NCBI RefSeq assembly: GCF_027921745.1
Contig: NC_079239.1
Coordinates: forward strand, 496,001 to 560,000
Origin: Schizosaccharomyces osmophilus
Lineage: Eukaryota
DNA length: 64,000 nucleotides
Reading direction: 5' to 3'
Positions 47,654-61,400 of the stretch are shown piece after piece. Under the pieces are notes generated by a model. That model was not told where the DNA came from, did not search any database, and was given only the letters and a program-made list of their open reading frames with translations. Made by a program: the position numbers and the translations under genes. How positions within the stretch are numbered: the first letter of the stretch is position 1; every line of letters begins with the position of its first letter.

Positions 47654-48619
47654 ATGAAAATAAGCGAAGAAACCAATGGTGTAGATTCGCCCAGCAAGGA
47701 TGAATTTGCCAAAGAAAAAGGATCCAACGCCGCTTTCATCCCTCCTTCTATCGATACTGCAACGCCCGAAAAAAGCAAGTACTTCCATACAACCATTGCT
47801 CCTGACGTCCCAAAAGATCAGCCATTTCGCCTAGGGGTAGATGAAGCAGGTCGTGGTCCAGTTTTGGGCCCTATGGTTTATGCCGTTGCGTATTGTCCGG
47901 TCGATTTTGATCTGACAAACTTTGGGTTTGCAGATAGTAAGACGTTGACTGCTGTGAAACGCTCCCAGCTTTTGGAGGATATTTGCAACAAAGAGACTGA
48001 GCTTGGGCGTCATGTGGGTTGGTCGGTTCAAAGCATTTCTGCCAAAGAGCTAGGTGCTGGAATGCTGCGTCAGTACAACAAATACAATCTTAATTCTCAG
48101 GCACATGACACCACCATGAATTTAATACAAAAAGTTTACGATTCAGGTATCCGGATAACGGAGATCTACGTGGACACGGTGGGTCCTCCAGACACATATC
48201 AACAGAAACTTCAAGCACGCTTTCCTCAAGCTAAAGTGAAGGTAACTAAGAAAGCAGATTCATTGTTTCCTATCGTTTCTTTGGCTTCTATTTGTGCCAA
48301 GGTTACTCGAGATGTTCAACTTGACCTAGTCCGATATCTTTTGCAAACTCAAGATTGGGGTTCTGGCTATTCATCCGACGCCAAAACAACAAAATGGCTA
48401 CGCTCCTCAGTTCACCCCGTATTTGGATGGAAAGGAGACATTGTGAGGTACTCCTGGCAAACCGCTCGTGATATTCTGGAAGTGGCTTCTTCGAAAACAT
48501 CATCTCCTTCTTTTATTCATGTTGACTGGCACGAAGAAAAGTCTGCTCCCCTTAATTTTACACCTCGTAAACCAAGTGCAAAAAGCCGTTCGTGGTTTGG
48601 GACAGACTTCGCATTCTAA
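47654..48619 (+). CDS. rnh201: RNase H2 catalytic subunit
   Basis: LGVDEAGRGPVLGP, FADSK, KADSLFPIVSLASICAKVTRD and WGSGY motifs. Confidence 0.97.
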   Translation: MKISEETNGVDSPSKDEFAKEKGSNAAFIPPSIDTATPEKSKYFHTTIAPDVPKDQPFRLGVDEAGRGPVLGPMVYAVAYCPVDFDLTNFGFADSKTLTAVKRSQLLEDICNKETELGRHVGWSVQSISAKELGAGMLRQYNKYNLNSQAHDTTMNLIQKVYDSGIRITEIYVDTVGPPDTYQQKLQARFPQAKVKVTKKADSLFPIVSLASICAKVTRDVQLDLVRYLLQTQDWGSGYSSDAKTTKWLRSSVHPVFGWKGDIVRYSWQTARDILEVASSKTSSPSFIHVDWHEEKSAPLNFTPRKPSAKSRSWFGTDFAF

Positions 48620-48893
48620 CTTTTCACTTACAATTGTTTATATACCCTTCCTTCAAAATTTCTACCGTGTTTAGTTTTTTCCCTTCTCTTTCTTTTGTTA
48701 TTTAAGCTACTCCCTACTGTACTTCTATTCTACCAAAAATAAATTCCATTCAAATTTGCTTTCGTTTGTTTACATTTTAACGACACGCTTTGCTTCGTTG
48801 AATATACCAATACTACATCCGCGAAGTACGGCTTGCAGTTAACCAAACACTCGGTTTCGCAGAAATATATATATATTTCGGCTTTTCTTGTAG

Positions 48894-49562
<669 letters not shown>

Positions 49563-49802
49563 GCGTATAGTTTTCTCAAGCACCTCCTTTGAGTCAGGTT
49601 CAATACTTAGAATTTCAGTTTACTTTAAAGAGACATTGTTAGAGCCTTTATGAAGTGAATTACTGCATAGACGTATTCTCCCAATACAACTTCTTTTGGT
49701 TTTACAATACAACTTAATAGAACGTAGCTATAAGCCATAAAACAAATATTAAAATTTATTAGGCTATTATCAAAATTGTAAAAGTAAGAGTCATCTAAAA
49801 GA

Positions 49803-51734
49803 TCATTCCGTTTCCTGCTTTACCGCTTTGGGAGGTGTCGTGTCAACTGATTCGTCTCTCTCCTTTCGTTTGCCGATAGCTTGGAGGATTCCTTGAACAT
49901 CTATACCTTGTAAAAGACTTTGAACATCCGCTTGCGGAGGGGCTCCATTTGCGGTCTGTTTCACTGGTTTTTGAGATGATGGCTGCATATGCGAAGTAGC
50001 TGCTGAATTGGATGAAATTTTTGCATCCTTTGATTGCTCCAATTCTTGCAAGCATGTGGCATGACATATTCGACCATCCTTTTCGACAGCGTTCATAAAT
50101 ACCCACATCTCGGCCTCTTCGTGCCAGACACTACGGAATTTTTCTTGGCAAACTGGACAAGGTTGAGAAGCAATTATAGGGTCGAGTGGTGTCAACACAT
50201 ATTGTGAAAGTATAGACTCAAGTTGCTTTTGTTTTTGCTCTTCCAGTTCGGCAGCAGTTTCTGTTACCAAATCCTCTTTTTCATCATTCTGAATCCATTC
50301 TTCCTCAGTAATAAACCAGCACCTGTTAATGCCGTGCAGACTACTTTCACGGATTCTTTTGTTGATTCTAAAATGCCAATCGAAATGCTGATCCAGTTCT
50401 TTTCTGCTTTCAGGATCATTGGCATATCTGCGACCGCAATTTGCACATTGATTGGGAAAAGAATTATATAACAGAGTAGCTAGTTCAGGATGAGGGGTAG
50501 ATAAAGAGGCTTTCGATAAGTCAATTTCGGAAATAGGAGATGTGAAACTGGACGGAGCGTTGACGGTGGGAGGAGGTGAACCTTTTGGTGATACTAAGCC
50601 GGCTGCCTGCAAATTTGCAAACAAAGAATTGATGCTCTCGGACTCTTCTCTGGTTAGATTACTCGCTGGATTACCAGGACCGAACACAGAAGAAGCAGGA
50701 GGAGGAGGAGAAACAGAAGCGTTTGGAACCGGAGCACGATATGGGTATGCTGACTGGGGTGGAAGGATAGGTGTAGAAGTATAGCTGGTAGGTGCTAGAT
50801 TGTGGGAGGCATGAGATAATAGTGGGGGCGTCTGAGTAGCAGGGAAAGTGCTAATAGGTTGTGGGTTTATAAATGGCGAAGCAAGAGGTTGAGGAGAAGG
50901 CTTGGGAGTTTCCAAGCTTGTCAGCTGTTTTTTGATTACCAACAGTTGGTCATAAGGGAGACTGGAAGTAGACAAAACCTGCTGCAATTGAGAGAGTATT
51001 TCGACGCGCTTTTTCGCTAGACTATCGAAAGGATTCCGCATACATCTGGCCTGTTCGGTAATAATCATGCGAGCAACGTCGGCAAGTAGGTTTTCAAGAG
51101 TTAATACCTGGTTGACAGGAGTAGGAATTCCTGAACCCGATATGTCAGCAGGCGTGGAACCTGAATACGTAGAACCATAAGAATTTCGAACATTAGTATT
51201 AGGATATGTAGGGTTCGTTGTGGCAGATAAAAGGGGAGTTTGGTGACGCAGGAATGAAGATTTATATTTTAAGAGGGCATTTTCAATCTTTCCAGTTACA
51301 GTTGGAGGGAATACAGAATCCGGAGAACTTGAATTGGGGGAACGCTGTTTCCAAGTACCTAGTAATTGATCCAACTTTAACCGTAAAGAAGGCTCAACAA
51401 CCGTGTAGGCATTCATGAATGTGGTAAAAAGATGACGGCCAAAAAATAATGTGTACGGGTAACCAATATTTTTCGAAATAGAGTCCAAAAGATACAAAGC
51501 TGGCAATTTGGATGAGGGAGGGCACTAAGTTCCAGAGTTAGCATATCAGACTCAAAGAGAAAATCATCGTTTTAAAAAGCTCACTTTTTGTATGTGTTTT
51601 TCGAGTGCATTCACGACGCTCAAGGCATAAGCTTCATTTTCTTGAGCAACATAGGTCAACGTATGGATTATAGGCTTACTATTAAATGTCAAATCTTCTA
51701 AAGCACTCAAATAATCCAATTCAATCAAATCCAT
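49803..51734 (-). CDS. pcf11: Cleavage/polyadenylation factor Pcf11 (exons 51734-51585, 51524-49803)
   Basis: CID LEDLTFNSKPII...LYLLDSISKN, zinc fingers CANC..HFDWHF and CPVC..HATC; GTGAGC..CTAAC..TAG intron is in frame. Confidence 0.95.
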
Positions 51735-52670
51735 TTTTCCAAATAAAATATGTTTGTTCTTTTTTTAGATCTGGGTAATAAGCAATCACTATCTAACAAG
51801 AGTGATAATTTATTATTTGTATACTTTATAATAAGTTAAAACTCTGTTTTTTTTTCTTTTTTAATACAAAAAAAAGCAATATTGGAAGAGGAATAAACTA
51901 TTAAATTTAAGAACACTGGCTACACGATTAAGCAAAATGCAAGAAAAGCAACAAATGAGAACTAGATTACAACGTAAACGGGCGAAAAGTTTGGAGGAAT
52001 CCTCAATTGCACAGCGCCAAACCCTTTTTCAAATGCAAAACAAGTGAAAGAATATGTGAAGTATAAGATGTTGGTAGCACGCAAAAAAATATATATACTC
52101 ATATGTAAGGAAATGCGCTTATACCTCCCTAAATAATTTACTGATGACTAAATAAAAGTACACAAATCTAGGAACAAAATGAAGGTATGTAATATAAAGC
52201 ATGAATTATTGGAAAAATGGGATTCGGATGAAGGAAGGCTTACGATGAAGGAGATAGCAAGTTCAGTACTCACAGGATTTTATTTTACTTACTTGAAAGG
52301 ACTGGTCTTCTATGAGGATCACTGCTTATTCTTTTCGGTAAAGAAGAGTCAAGGTCTTTAGGCTGAAACGTTTATAAACTTTCGCGGAACTTATTATTAA
52401 AATCGGGGAAGCAATATATTTATGGTTTATTCTTGTGATATATGATTTTGCCAAAAGGACCCTGGGAAGAGACGGCGCTCGCCTTTCAATGTTTTTGTTT
52501 ACGTACCATATAAACAAATGGGTATTAACAACCATGATTCTCCCACATGCTTCCTTGGTTGAGTGTTTTATATTTTGTCATTTAGAACCTAAGAAAGGGA
52601 AAGGAATTTTGTTTTCGTTTGTTCTATAAAGACAAAATAAAGCACACAATATATTACTGACTAGCCAAGA

Positions 52671-54474
52671 ATGCCGCAGGGAAAGGAGGATACCAGCGAG
52701 TTTGAAGGACTTGGTTATCATCTATCTAACTCTCGAGGAAAAGAAAAGGATATGAGCCAGCTTGCATCCCAGATTGAGTACCTCGAATATTTAGTAAAGG
52801 AACAGCAAAAACAAATTGCTTCTTCAGCAATCGAAGTTCAAAAAAAGGGTGATCAAGTGCGAGATTTACAAAAGAAATTAACTTTAGAGAAAAATATTTT
52901 TTCTTCGTCAAGCATTTACTCTCCTGAACATCTTTTGCCAAAAAGCTTGTCAGCTGAAATCGAAGGGGTGGTGCCGAAAGGTTGTGAGTCGGGAGATTTT
53001 GAATCAGCATCTTCATTTCCATCTGAAAAGTCTCAAAAAGATGGAAGTTATTCTGACTCCAAATTCCAACGCAAGCACTTGATCGCTGGAATGGACCAAT
53101 CGTTTGACAACCCTCCCAGATTACCACTTGCTCTCAACAAATATAAAGCAAACCTACGACTGAACTCACAGAGTTCATCATCTGCTTTGGTACCCGACCA
53201 CTCAGTCGACCCTTTTAGTCTTGGTCCTCCTTTCTTGCAACCCTTTACGGCCTCTTCACAGGCATTTTATGGCAGTCAGTCTTTTAAGAAGGGTCCGGAA
53301 AATCCAGCACGCCCGTCGGATAATATTTGCAGTAACAAACTTCAAAACAACGACAGTCGTAAAGAGATAGAGATGCCAGAAGTTAGCTCTCAAAATTACA
53401 AATGGAAGGTAAGTTCTTACAGCCTATGATCGAGATTTTTAACAATATTAGTCTATCATTGAACAAATCGTCTTCAGAAACGACCAGTCGGCATCCCTAT
53501 ACTTGCAGCAAAAACTGAAATCGGATGACCAAAATATGAAGCATGCCCTTATTCAATGCATACTTCCTTTGTCATACACTCTTATGACAAATAAGTTTGG
53601 TAATTTTTTAATACAAAAGTGCCTTGAGCAGTGTGATGAACGACAGCTGGGGGAATTCGCTCAACAGCTGAAAGCCCATATCACCGAGCTTTCAACAAAT
53701 GCGTTTGGCTCTCACGTTGTTCAAAAGTCTTTTGAAATCTATCCAGAAAGATTTGCAACCTCTTTAATCGATCAATTAATGGAGCAATTGCCAGAGACTT
53801 TATTGCAGAGGCACTCATGCCACGTATGGCAGAAGTTTTTGGAGACTAGGAGAAAGTCATGTGCAATAGGGACAATGGATACATTCAATGAAAAACTGAC
53901 GGGTAACTGGACTCAAATCGCAATGAGCGAAATGGGTAGTTTAGTTGTGCAAACAATTTTTGAAAACTGTAAAGAACAGGAAAAGGTATGACCAAATTGA
54001 TGTATGATCAAATATTAACAATTGCAGCGACCTTGTCTTGATGAAATTATTGAAAATACTCATTCCATAATTAGTGGGCAATGGGGAAACTGGGTGATTC
54101 AACACATCATTGAGCATGGAAGTAAAGATGACCAAGAGACAGTGTTTTTGGATATTCTTCGGAACGTTGAATTTTACAGTACAAATCAATATGCATCGAA
54201 AGTGGTTGAACGAGCGTTACGAGTGAACAATAGAACCTTTTTTAATGATTACGTTGCCCTAATCACAGAACCGCAAGATAAATGGGGAAGGATCTTGTTG
54301 ATGGATATTGCATCTAGCCAATATGGAAACTATATTGTCCAGCATTTGTTACATGCTGCTACACCGTTTCAAAAGCGATTACTAGCAGAGCTTCTCAGAA
54401 AGCATATGGTATCTCTTCGAGGATATAAGCATGGGCAAAAGATTGCTCTCTTGGTGGAAAAGACAAAGACATAA
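52671..54474 (+). CDS. mpf1: Meiotic Pumilio (PUF) family RNA-binding protein Mpf1 (exons 52671-53408, 53452-53985, 54028-54474; 5' end uncertain)
   Basis: PUF repeats FGNFLIQKCLE, FGSHVVQK, WGNWVIQH and YGNYIVQH; two in-frame GT..AG introns; synteny. Confidence 0.88.
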
Positions 54475-54617
54475 AAGATTGGTTTCGTAACACATGATTA
54501 CTGAAAACAAACAGAATTCTGAATACTTCTCCGACGAAGACTAATCTGTTTAGATTTTTTACGCTTATTTGTCGACCGGGGTATCCAGTTTGTTTGAATA
54601 TCAAAAGAATGGGAATT

Positions 54618-55067
54618 TTAAACCTTGCCTTCTTGAGGGGGGACATAATCTTCGTCTTCTTCTTCATTCTCTAAACCATCGTCCTCTTGGAGAGCCTTGG
54701 AAAAATCTATCCTTTTATTCCGTGTTCTAGAGGAACAGGTAATGTTGGTGGGATCGATAGCTGTCAAATCCTCTGGTTCTATGATTTTTAAGTTAGCAAA
54801 GAAACTCATTGACCCACTAGAGGACATTGTTCTTGCCCTGAATGAAAGCTTACCATCTGCAACTCCTTCTTCATCTTCATCCATTGACGCTTCAGAAGGA
54901 TCCTCGTCTGACGAACTCAATTCTTCAAAATCACCTTCGTCTTCAACATCTTCGATATCTGGAATAAAGTCTTCTGTGACTCTTCCCTTCCCTTTACTAT
55001 ATTTTGTAAATAAAATTATCGAAGACTTCTGCGCTTACATATCAGCTTTTTCGCTATTTTCTGGCAT
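54618..55067 (-). CDS. chz1: H2A.Z-H2B chaperone Chz1 (exons 55067-55039, 54996-54618)
   Basis: Acidic protein with the CHZ motif DLTAIDPTNI...RTRNKRIDF; 42-nt GTAAGC..TAG intron is in frame. Confidence 0.85.
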
Positions 55068-55539
55068 TTTCGTATACGCGTGTAGGTGTAGTGTGTTTGG
55101 AAGGAAGTAATAATACTACGGTAGGGAAGATAAAACTATAGAAAAGTGAATGTTGTGAAAGACTTTTGTATTTGTTTTTCTTTATATTATCATAAAAATA
55201 ACTAAATTATTATTCCGTGAGATACCCGTACATGCTTTCATTCCTTATTCTTGTTTAACACTTGTAACCAATATCGGGTCTTTTTCAACGGAAAACTCGA
55301 CTCACCAAGTCAAGCAACCCAAGTAGGAATTCTTTCGTGTAATATCATCATTTGTAGTTCATCTCAAAAGCGTGATCTTACCACTGATTCAAGTTCCAAG
55401 CATTCGCTTGTCCCTATTGCTTATGAAACCGAGCAGGAAAAGCAAGCTGCATAATCAAACGTGTGTTGAGTATTTTGTAAAAGCAAGTAGAGAATGCACG
55501 ACACGCATTGTTCATGACTTGTCATCTTTTCTAGAAGGT

Positions 55540-55739
55540 GTAAACAAACAATCCATAAGATGTGACATGTCCGCAGGCGTATCGACCCTACGTCCAAGCT
55601 AAACGAGGCCTTTTCTTTTCTTCTCTAAATGAATATACTCTTCAATTGAGCATAAATACCAACATGCATTGTATTAATGCATTCGTTAAGAATCGCTATT
55701 CTATACCAGACTATTCTGAGTAAATATCGTTAGTAAACA
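55540..55739 (+). promoter_or_regulatory. FLEX (Mei4/forkhead) sites upstream of the mug133-like gene
   Basis: GTAAACAAACA at 55540-55550, GTAAATA at 55720, GTAAACA at 55733. Confidence 0.6.
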
Positions 55740-56106
55740 AAACCTATCGCTTTCAAAAAAAAAAAAAAAACAGGATCCTATGGTAAGGATTTGAGATATA
55801 TATGTAGATATTTTGGTTTCGAGATTCCTTACTTCTTCCGTTTGTTTATTTTTTCCAAGAGGCTTGTTTAAATCGTGTGACAATGAAAGTAATGACACCG
55901 TCATATAAATAATAAACAGTATATGTAGGTTTTCCTTTAAAAATAACAATCCGACCTTATTCCACTAAAAAAAAGCTATCAATTTCCTATTTACGAATCT
56001 CTCGCTTTCGACGAAAATAAAGCAAGGATTTTGCATCTGGTCATTTTCAAAATTCATAGGCGCAATCGAAAGGACAAACCTGAAGGAACAGTTGTAAACT
56101 GACAAC

Positions 56107-57687
56107 ATGTTTGAAAGCAAAAGCAAACTTCCTTTTCATCCCTCTAAGGGTAAAGAGAAAGACAGGCAATTTGCTCAGTTATCAGAATATGGTGTATATC
56201 CAAAAATAGAGAATATGTCCTTTCATAGATTCAATAAGGAAAATCCCGGTTATTTTAGAGGATTTCAATGTAACGACTCTTCTTGTCCTGCACAAGCTGA
56301 AAACTTCAAGCCAGTAACAAATGGCTTTAGCCTTTTCGGAATGGTTAAATCAATATTCATTACCGTAGGCTGTTGTCTTTCAGCTCCATACGATGAGGAG
56401 GGATGGGATGAGTTTGTGGACGAATCTGCTGTCTTTAAAGGCCACGAACCAATTTCAACAGAAAATGTCAAATTTCCATCCCTCCCTGTCCACGAAATTC
56501 CCTACTTTCAGCTGAACGTTCCACATGATGGCTACCTGGGTCCCCTTAGTTACCAAGGCTGGATTCATCAACTTTCCAAAAATGCTGGTGTACAAGTCAA
56601 CTGGAAGAAAACTTATTGCACAGTCATGAATCCTTTTTCTAATGGAATGGTATACACCATCCCTCACAATGATGGCAGAATATTATTAGAGTCCTGCTAT
56701 TGTGAAAAGAACCTGGGCATGTCTACTTCACCAATGATTATGGAGTTTATGCCATACAAGTCGCTTGTAAAGTTTAATTGTTCCAAATTGTTCAATGCCT
56801 TTGAAAATTATTATCGAGAACTCGCTGACTTCTTGCTGAGCGGACGTGCACCACTCAATGTTTTAGTCCATCATGTCATGCTCTATCATTACTATCCCAC
56901 TTTTATGAAGGATGTTTTATGGAAAGCTGTCGAAGTATACTTGGACACTCACTGCATGGAGGAGCGTTACTGCAGAATCCAAGTAGAGGCAGCTAAACGC
57001 AAACTAGGTGACATTCGACTGTATTTTGTTTATCCTCGAGATATATACAAATTTTCAAATTCAAAGGAATGGATTACCATCGCCACACGAGGGTTCATTT
57101 CTTATATTCAAGCGAGAAAACCTTTATGTTTAGGAAGTATTCCAGTCAGCAATAAGAGGATCTCGGAGCTTCTTTCTTATGCAACCAGTTCAGACTGCAT
57201 GGCTTGGCTGTCTCTGCTCATCTGTGCCGGATCCAATGGGTCTCGTTTCCCGCTGCACATGTACATCAACACGAAAACACGGATTTTAGAACGTAAAGCG
57301 TCAATAACGGACTTTTTATTTTCCGACGAAGACCTGCTTTTCTTCGAAGACAAAGAAACCATCGACGAGTTCAGGCCTATACAACGACAACTTTTGAAAG
57401 AACTAACGGATTGTGACACCTATTCTCAGGCTCTGCATAATTCCAGTTTAGCTCGCATCATTGATGCATCCAAACATCGAAGTAAGGGGATTCAATTTTA
57501 CGACCAAGGAAAGGCTGTCGATGAAACGAAAGAAACTCCAAGCGAACTTGACCCTCAAAAAATCACAAAACAGATGCAGCCCCGTCTTCCTAAATCCCAA
57601 ACTCGTCGTCTAACTTCTTACAGTAGCAGCATTGCCCAAAAGGGTTATTTGACACCACTGCTTATAACAAGAGTCGTTATTCACTAA
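56107..57687 (+). CDS. mug133: UPF0300-family Schizosaccharomyces protein (likely mug133 ortholog)
   Basis: 526-aa ORF with HVMLYHYYP...LWKAV and SRFPLH motifs as recalled for UPF0300; lies between chz1 and rpc2; FLEX sites upstream. Confidence 0.75.
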   Translation: MFESKSKLPFHPSKGKEKDRQFAQLSEYGVYPKIENMSFHRFNKENPGYFRGFQCNDSSCPAQAENFKPVTNGFSLFGMVKSIFITVGCCLSAPYDEEGWDEFVDESAVFKGHEPISTENVKFPSLPVHEIPYFQLNVPHDGYLGPLSYQGWIHQLSKNAGVQVNWKKTYCTVMNPFSNGMVYTIPHNDGRILLESCYCEKNLGMSTSPMIMEFMPYKSLVKFNCSKLFNAFENYYRELADFLLSGRAPLNVLVHHVMLYHYYPTFMKDVLWKAVEVYLDTHCMEERYCRIQVEAAKRKLGDIRLYFVYPRDIYKFSNSKEWITIATRGFISYIQARKPLCLGSIPVSNKRISELLSYATSSDCMAWLSLLICAGSNGSRFPLHMYINTKTRILERKASITDFLFSDEDLLFFEDKETIDEFRPIQRQLLKELTDCDTYSQALHNSSLARIIDASKHRSKGIQFYDQGKAVDETKETPSELDPQKITKQMQPRLPKSQTRRLTSYSSSIAQKGYLTPLLITRVVIH

Positions 57688-58050
57688 ACAAACTACCTCA
57701 CTCACCTTAAACCGAGAATAATTGTCCTTTCCTTTCTTTTGATTTATAGAAAGCATAACTTCTTTCATTACTGTTACAATCAATAACGGCCCTTTGCATA
57801 CTCTCCACATGAAAAACAACTAAAACGCACTGTCCTTCAGATCACCAAGCATAAAATCTTATATCTGTTCTATTAATTCCTATTTTTGACTCCAATGCCG
57901 ACCTTGTCAAAGGTTGATATTCCAACAGCATTGAAAATAAATTTCTTAAAAAATTCTTATTTATTTAGTACGTACAATACCACTCATACACAAGAGTGGA
58001 CTAGATTCAATCTAGTTTAAAATTACCTACTAATTTCGCACACAACCTTT

Positions 58051-58232
58051 AAATCTCAGAATCGCGTATGGCCTCAATATGGTGGTGATAGAGGGAGGCC
58101 ATTTCATCAAGGTCCTACACATCCATATACATTTCTATATAAAAAATGTAAACAGAGCGAGAGAGAGCACCTGATTAGGGTGCTCAAACCTTAGTCTCAA
58201 ACACTCATTCATCATTTGATTTTAGTTGTGTA
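58051..58232 (-). ncRNA. Box C/D snoRNA, snR4-like putative 18S helix-34 ac4C acetylation guide (5' end approximate)
   Basis: C box ATGATGA (58215-58209), D box CTGA (58059-58056), closing stem AAATC/GATTT, C' TGATGA (58109-58104). CAACTAA lies 5' of box C and TATCACCACC sits in the loop of the ATGGCCTC/GAGGCCAT stem; both are antisense to 18S on either side of the helix-34 CCG. Confidence 0.8.
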
Positions 58233-58277
58233 AAGAATTTAATAGTCGGGATGGGACAAAATTATAGCTTAGTTTAG

Positions 58278-58285
58278 CAGTCACG
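58278..58285. promoter_or_regulatory. Homol D-like box (CAGTCACG on +) ~50 nt upstream of the C/D snoRNA
   Basis: Motif and spacing fit an independent Pol II snoRNA promoter; it is inverted relative to the RNA. Confidence 0.55.
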
Positions 58286-58448
58286 GAGACACTATAAGCT
58301 TATACTTGCCTTGTTACATAAATAACGATAATCTTATGGAATATTCAAATACAACTTACTATTCAATCAGAATATGTTACAACTATTTTTATTAATCTAT
58401 GCTTGTAAAAGAAACCCCCAAAAATTACAAAATACCGTTCATACCATT

Positions 58449-61400
58449 CTAATATTTAAATTCATCTTCCAAAGCTAACCTTGGAACGATGTTCATACTA
58501 AGAAGCTCTTGGAATAGCAACTTAGCTGCGTAAGGTATAGTCATTTTAACAACGTTTTTGGTGCTTTGACAACTGTTGCACCAACCTCTATAGCCCAAAA
58601 GTCCACATTCACCACAAACATCAACGTCGCAAGCATCCGAGGAAAGCATCAATCTCTCCAAAAGAAGCTGAGAGGCACCGTAGGCAATTAAACAATCACG
58701 TTCCATTTCACCCAAACGTAAACCACCATCACGAGAACGTCCTTCAGTTGGTTGTCGCGTCAGCACCGCCCGCGGGCCACGCGCTCGTGCGTGCATTTTA
58801 TCCAAAACCATGTGTTTTAGTTTTTGATAATAAATAGGCCCAAAGAAAATATACGCTTCTAAAGGTTCTCCGGTAATTCCTGAAGTTAACATGTCTTTAC
58901 CTGAGTAGTTAAATCCGCGCTCTACTAAAACGCGACTAGCTTCTTCAACCTTTGTTCCGCCAAAACAAGTTCCGTATTCCAAACTACCACGCATTACACC
59001 CGCTTTTCCTGCCAGTAATTCAATCATTTTACCGACAGTCATTCGTGAAGGAAAACCATGTGGATTCATAATAATATCAGGACAGACACCCTGATCATTG
59101 AAAGGCATGTCCTCTTGTTGAACAATAATGCCACAAACACCCTTTTGGCCGTGACGAGAGGAAAATTTGTCACCAAGTTCTGGTCGTCGAGTTTGTCGCA
59201 TTAACACTTTAATTAATGTCTGATCAGAGTCCGTAGTAGTAAGCATAACTTTATCGACGTAGGATGGTTCAGGAGCTTTGTAAGTCATCGGAGTGGGTTT
59301 AAATCCGGATTCCACCGTTTGAGACTGTCCTAAAGCAATGGAGTTATCCAAAGCGTTGGTGGGAGTCTGCTTATTAACATACACTTGACCATTTTGAACT
59401 GGACAGCCAACAGCGGCAAGCCCATCGTCTTCAACAATTTTGTGCTTCCAAATAACCTCTCCAGTTTCCGGATCTCTCAACGGATCACCAATACGATCAT
59501 GGGTACCGTTTGGATACTTACGAATAAGAACGGAATGCTTGTGAAGAACTTGACAGCGACCAAAACCACGATCCATGGAAGCTTTGTTCATTACCAAAGC
59601 ATCCTCAATATCATATCCCGAATAACTCATGATGGCAACAGTAGCGTTTTGACCAGCAGGTAACTTGTCATATCCAATTAATTCGATTGTCTTTGTTTTT
59701 ACCATTGGTTGTTGAGGATAGACCATCAAATACAATAATGTATCAATACGCTGTAACTGATTATAACCAATAGCACCAATAGCTTGTTTACCCATTGCGC
59801 ATTGATAAGTATTACGAGGAGATTGGTTGTGATGAGGATAAGGAATAAGCCCAGCAACAGCACCAAGTACAGTAAATGGTTCAATTTCCAGGTGAGTCGT
59901 TTCCGGTGTGACGTCTCTCTCATATACACAAATTAAGCTGTCGTTTTCTTCATTCACATCAACATATTCAACTAGGCCTTCCTTCAAAAAATCTTCAAAT
60001 GACCACTTCCCTTCCTTCAAAATTTTGATGTGATCTGAGGTGACCTTAGGGTATCCATTTTGAACAATAATAAGCGGACGGCAAATCCGACCACCATCAG
60101 TAGAAATGAAAACGGCTCGTTGATGCGTATTAATAAAGACGCCAACAAAAGGTGAGATTTTTCCAGAACGACGCAGACGTCGAAAAGATGATACAAACAG
60201 CGTTGGATATTTTGAAATACCTAGAATCATACCATTCAAATAAACAAGGTATGTACCGCTACTATGTAATTCGCGTCCGGTAACAACGTGAATATCTTCA
60301 ACACCGAAAGCATAAGCCAAACGAATAATGGGTTCTTCTTCCTCGTCTGTGGTAATATGAGTCATAAGAGCTAAGTTTTTCACTAAGCCACAAGCTTCAC
60401 CTTCAGGTGTATCTGAGGTACAAAGCATACCATACTGGGAAGGCTGCAAAGAACGGGGCCCTGACACTTTTCTTGTTTTTTCAAACTGACTGGTTATCCG
60501 TGTCATCATACCCAAAGCACTAATGAAACTAAGACGTGATAAAACGTGCGTAACGCCAGCACGTTCCATTTTAAAACGCTTAAGGGACCAATTTCCTGTA
60601 GATAACGCACGAACCATGCCTTGTGTAATTTGATCGCCATGAACAGATAGTTGGTTATAAGCATCGAACTCTTGCGTTCTGTGAGGTTTTTTCAAAACTT
60701 TGTCTATATTTAGCTTCATGTCACTATTGAACTTTTTGAAGAGATCTTCGAAAAGCAAAGCAAGTAATTGACCTGCCAATTCGAGACGTTTATTTCCCAC
60801 ATAATCACGATCATCAACCAAAGAAGGGTCAACCATAGAAATCAAAACACGACGAGTCATAACAGCAATATATACAGCCTTAGGGCGAAAATCCAAGTTG
60901 GAAACATTAATATGGGCAAGAACCACAGCAGCAAGGACCTCCAAAGCTTCTTCGTGAGAGGGTAATCGAGCTGCACCAGCACGTCGGTTCACCTTAACAC
61001 GTGCTCCAATGTATTCCAAAGCTTGTTGAGTGGTGAAAATATTCAGTTTGGCGCACTCTTCAACACTAGGAGCAAACAAATCTTGGTACGATGCTTCATT
61101 ACCAGCGACCAACTCAAAAATTTCCTGGTCAGATTGCAAGCCCATCGCTTTTAAAACAGCAACGATGGGAATATCATCAGCAATACTGTTGTGCTTCAGG
61201 TATAACTTTCCATTTTTATGAACAAGGTAAGTTTTAGACTTTCGTTCGTGCGTAGAAGAAGTTACTGAGGCCTGGAACATTCCCTTTTTAGGTTCAGCTT
61301 CCACAATAATACGATTTTTGGATAACTGTTCTTGTACTAAAATAACCTTTTCAGTACCTTTAACGACAAAATAACCACCCGGATCCAAGGGGCATTCGTT

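Noticed and set aside
48826..48893. Possible adk1 5'-UTR intron containing a (TA)n palindrome
   Set aside because: The only branch-like TTAAC is 13 nt from the donor and none is near the acceptor, so it cannot be supported.
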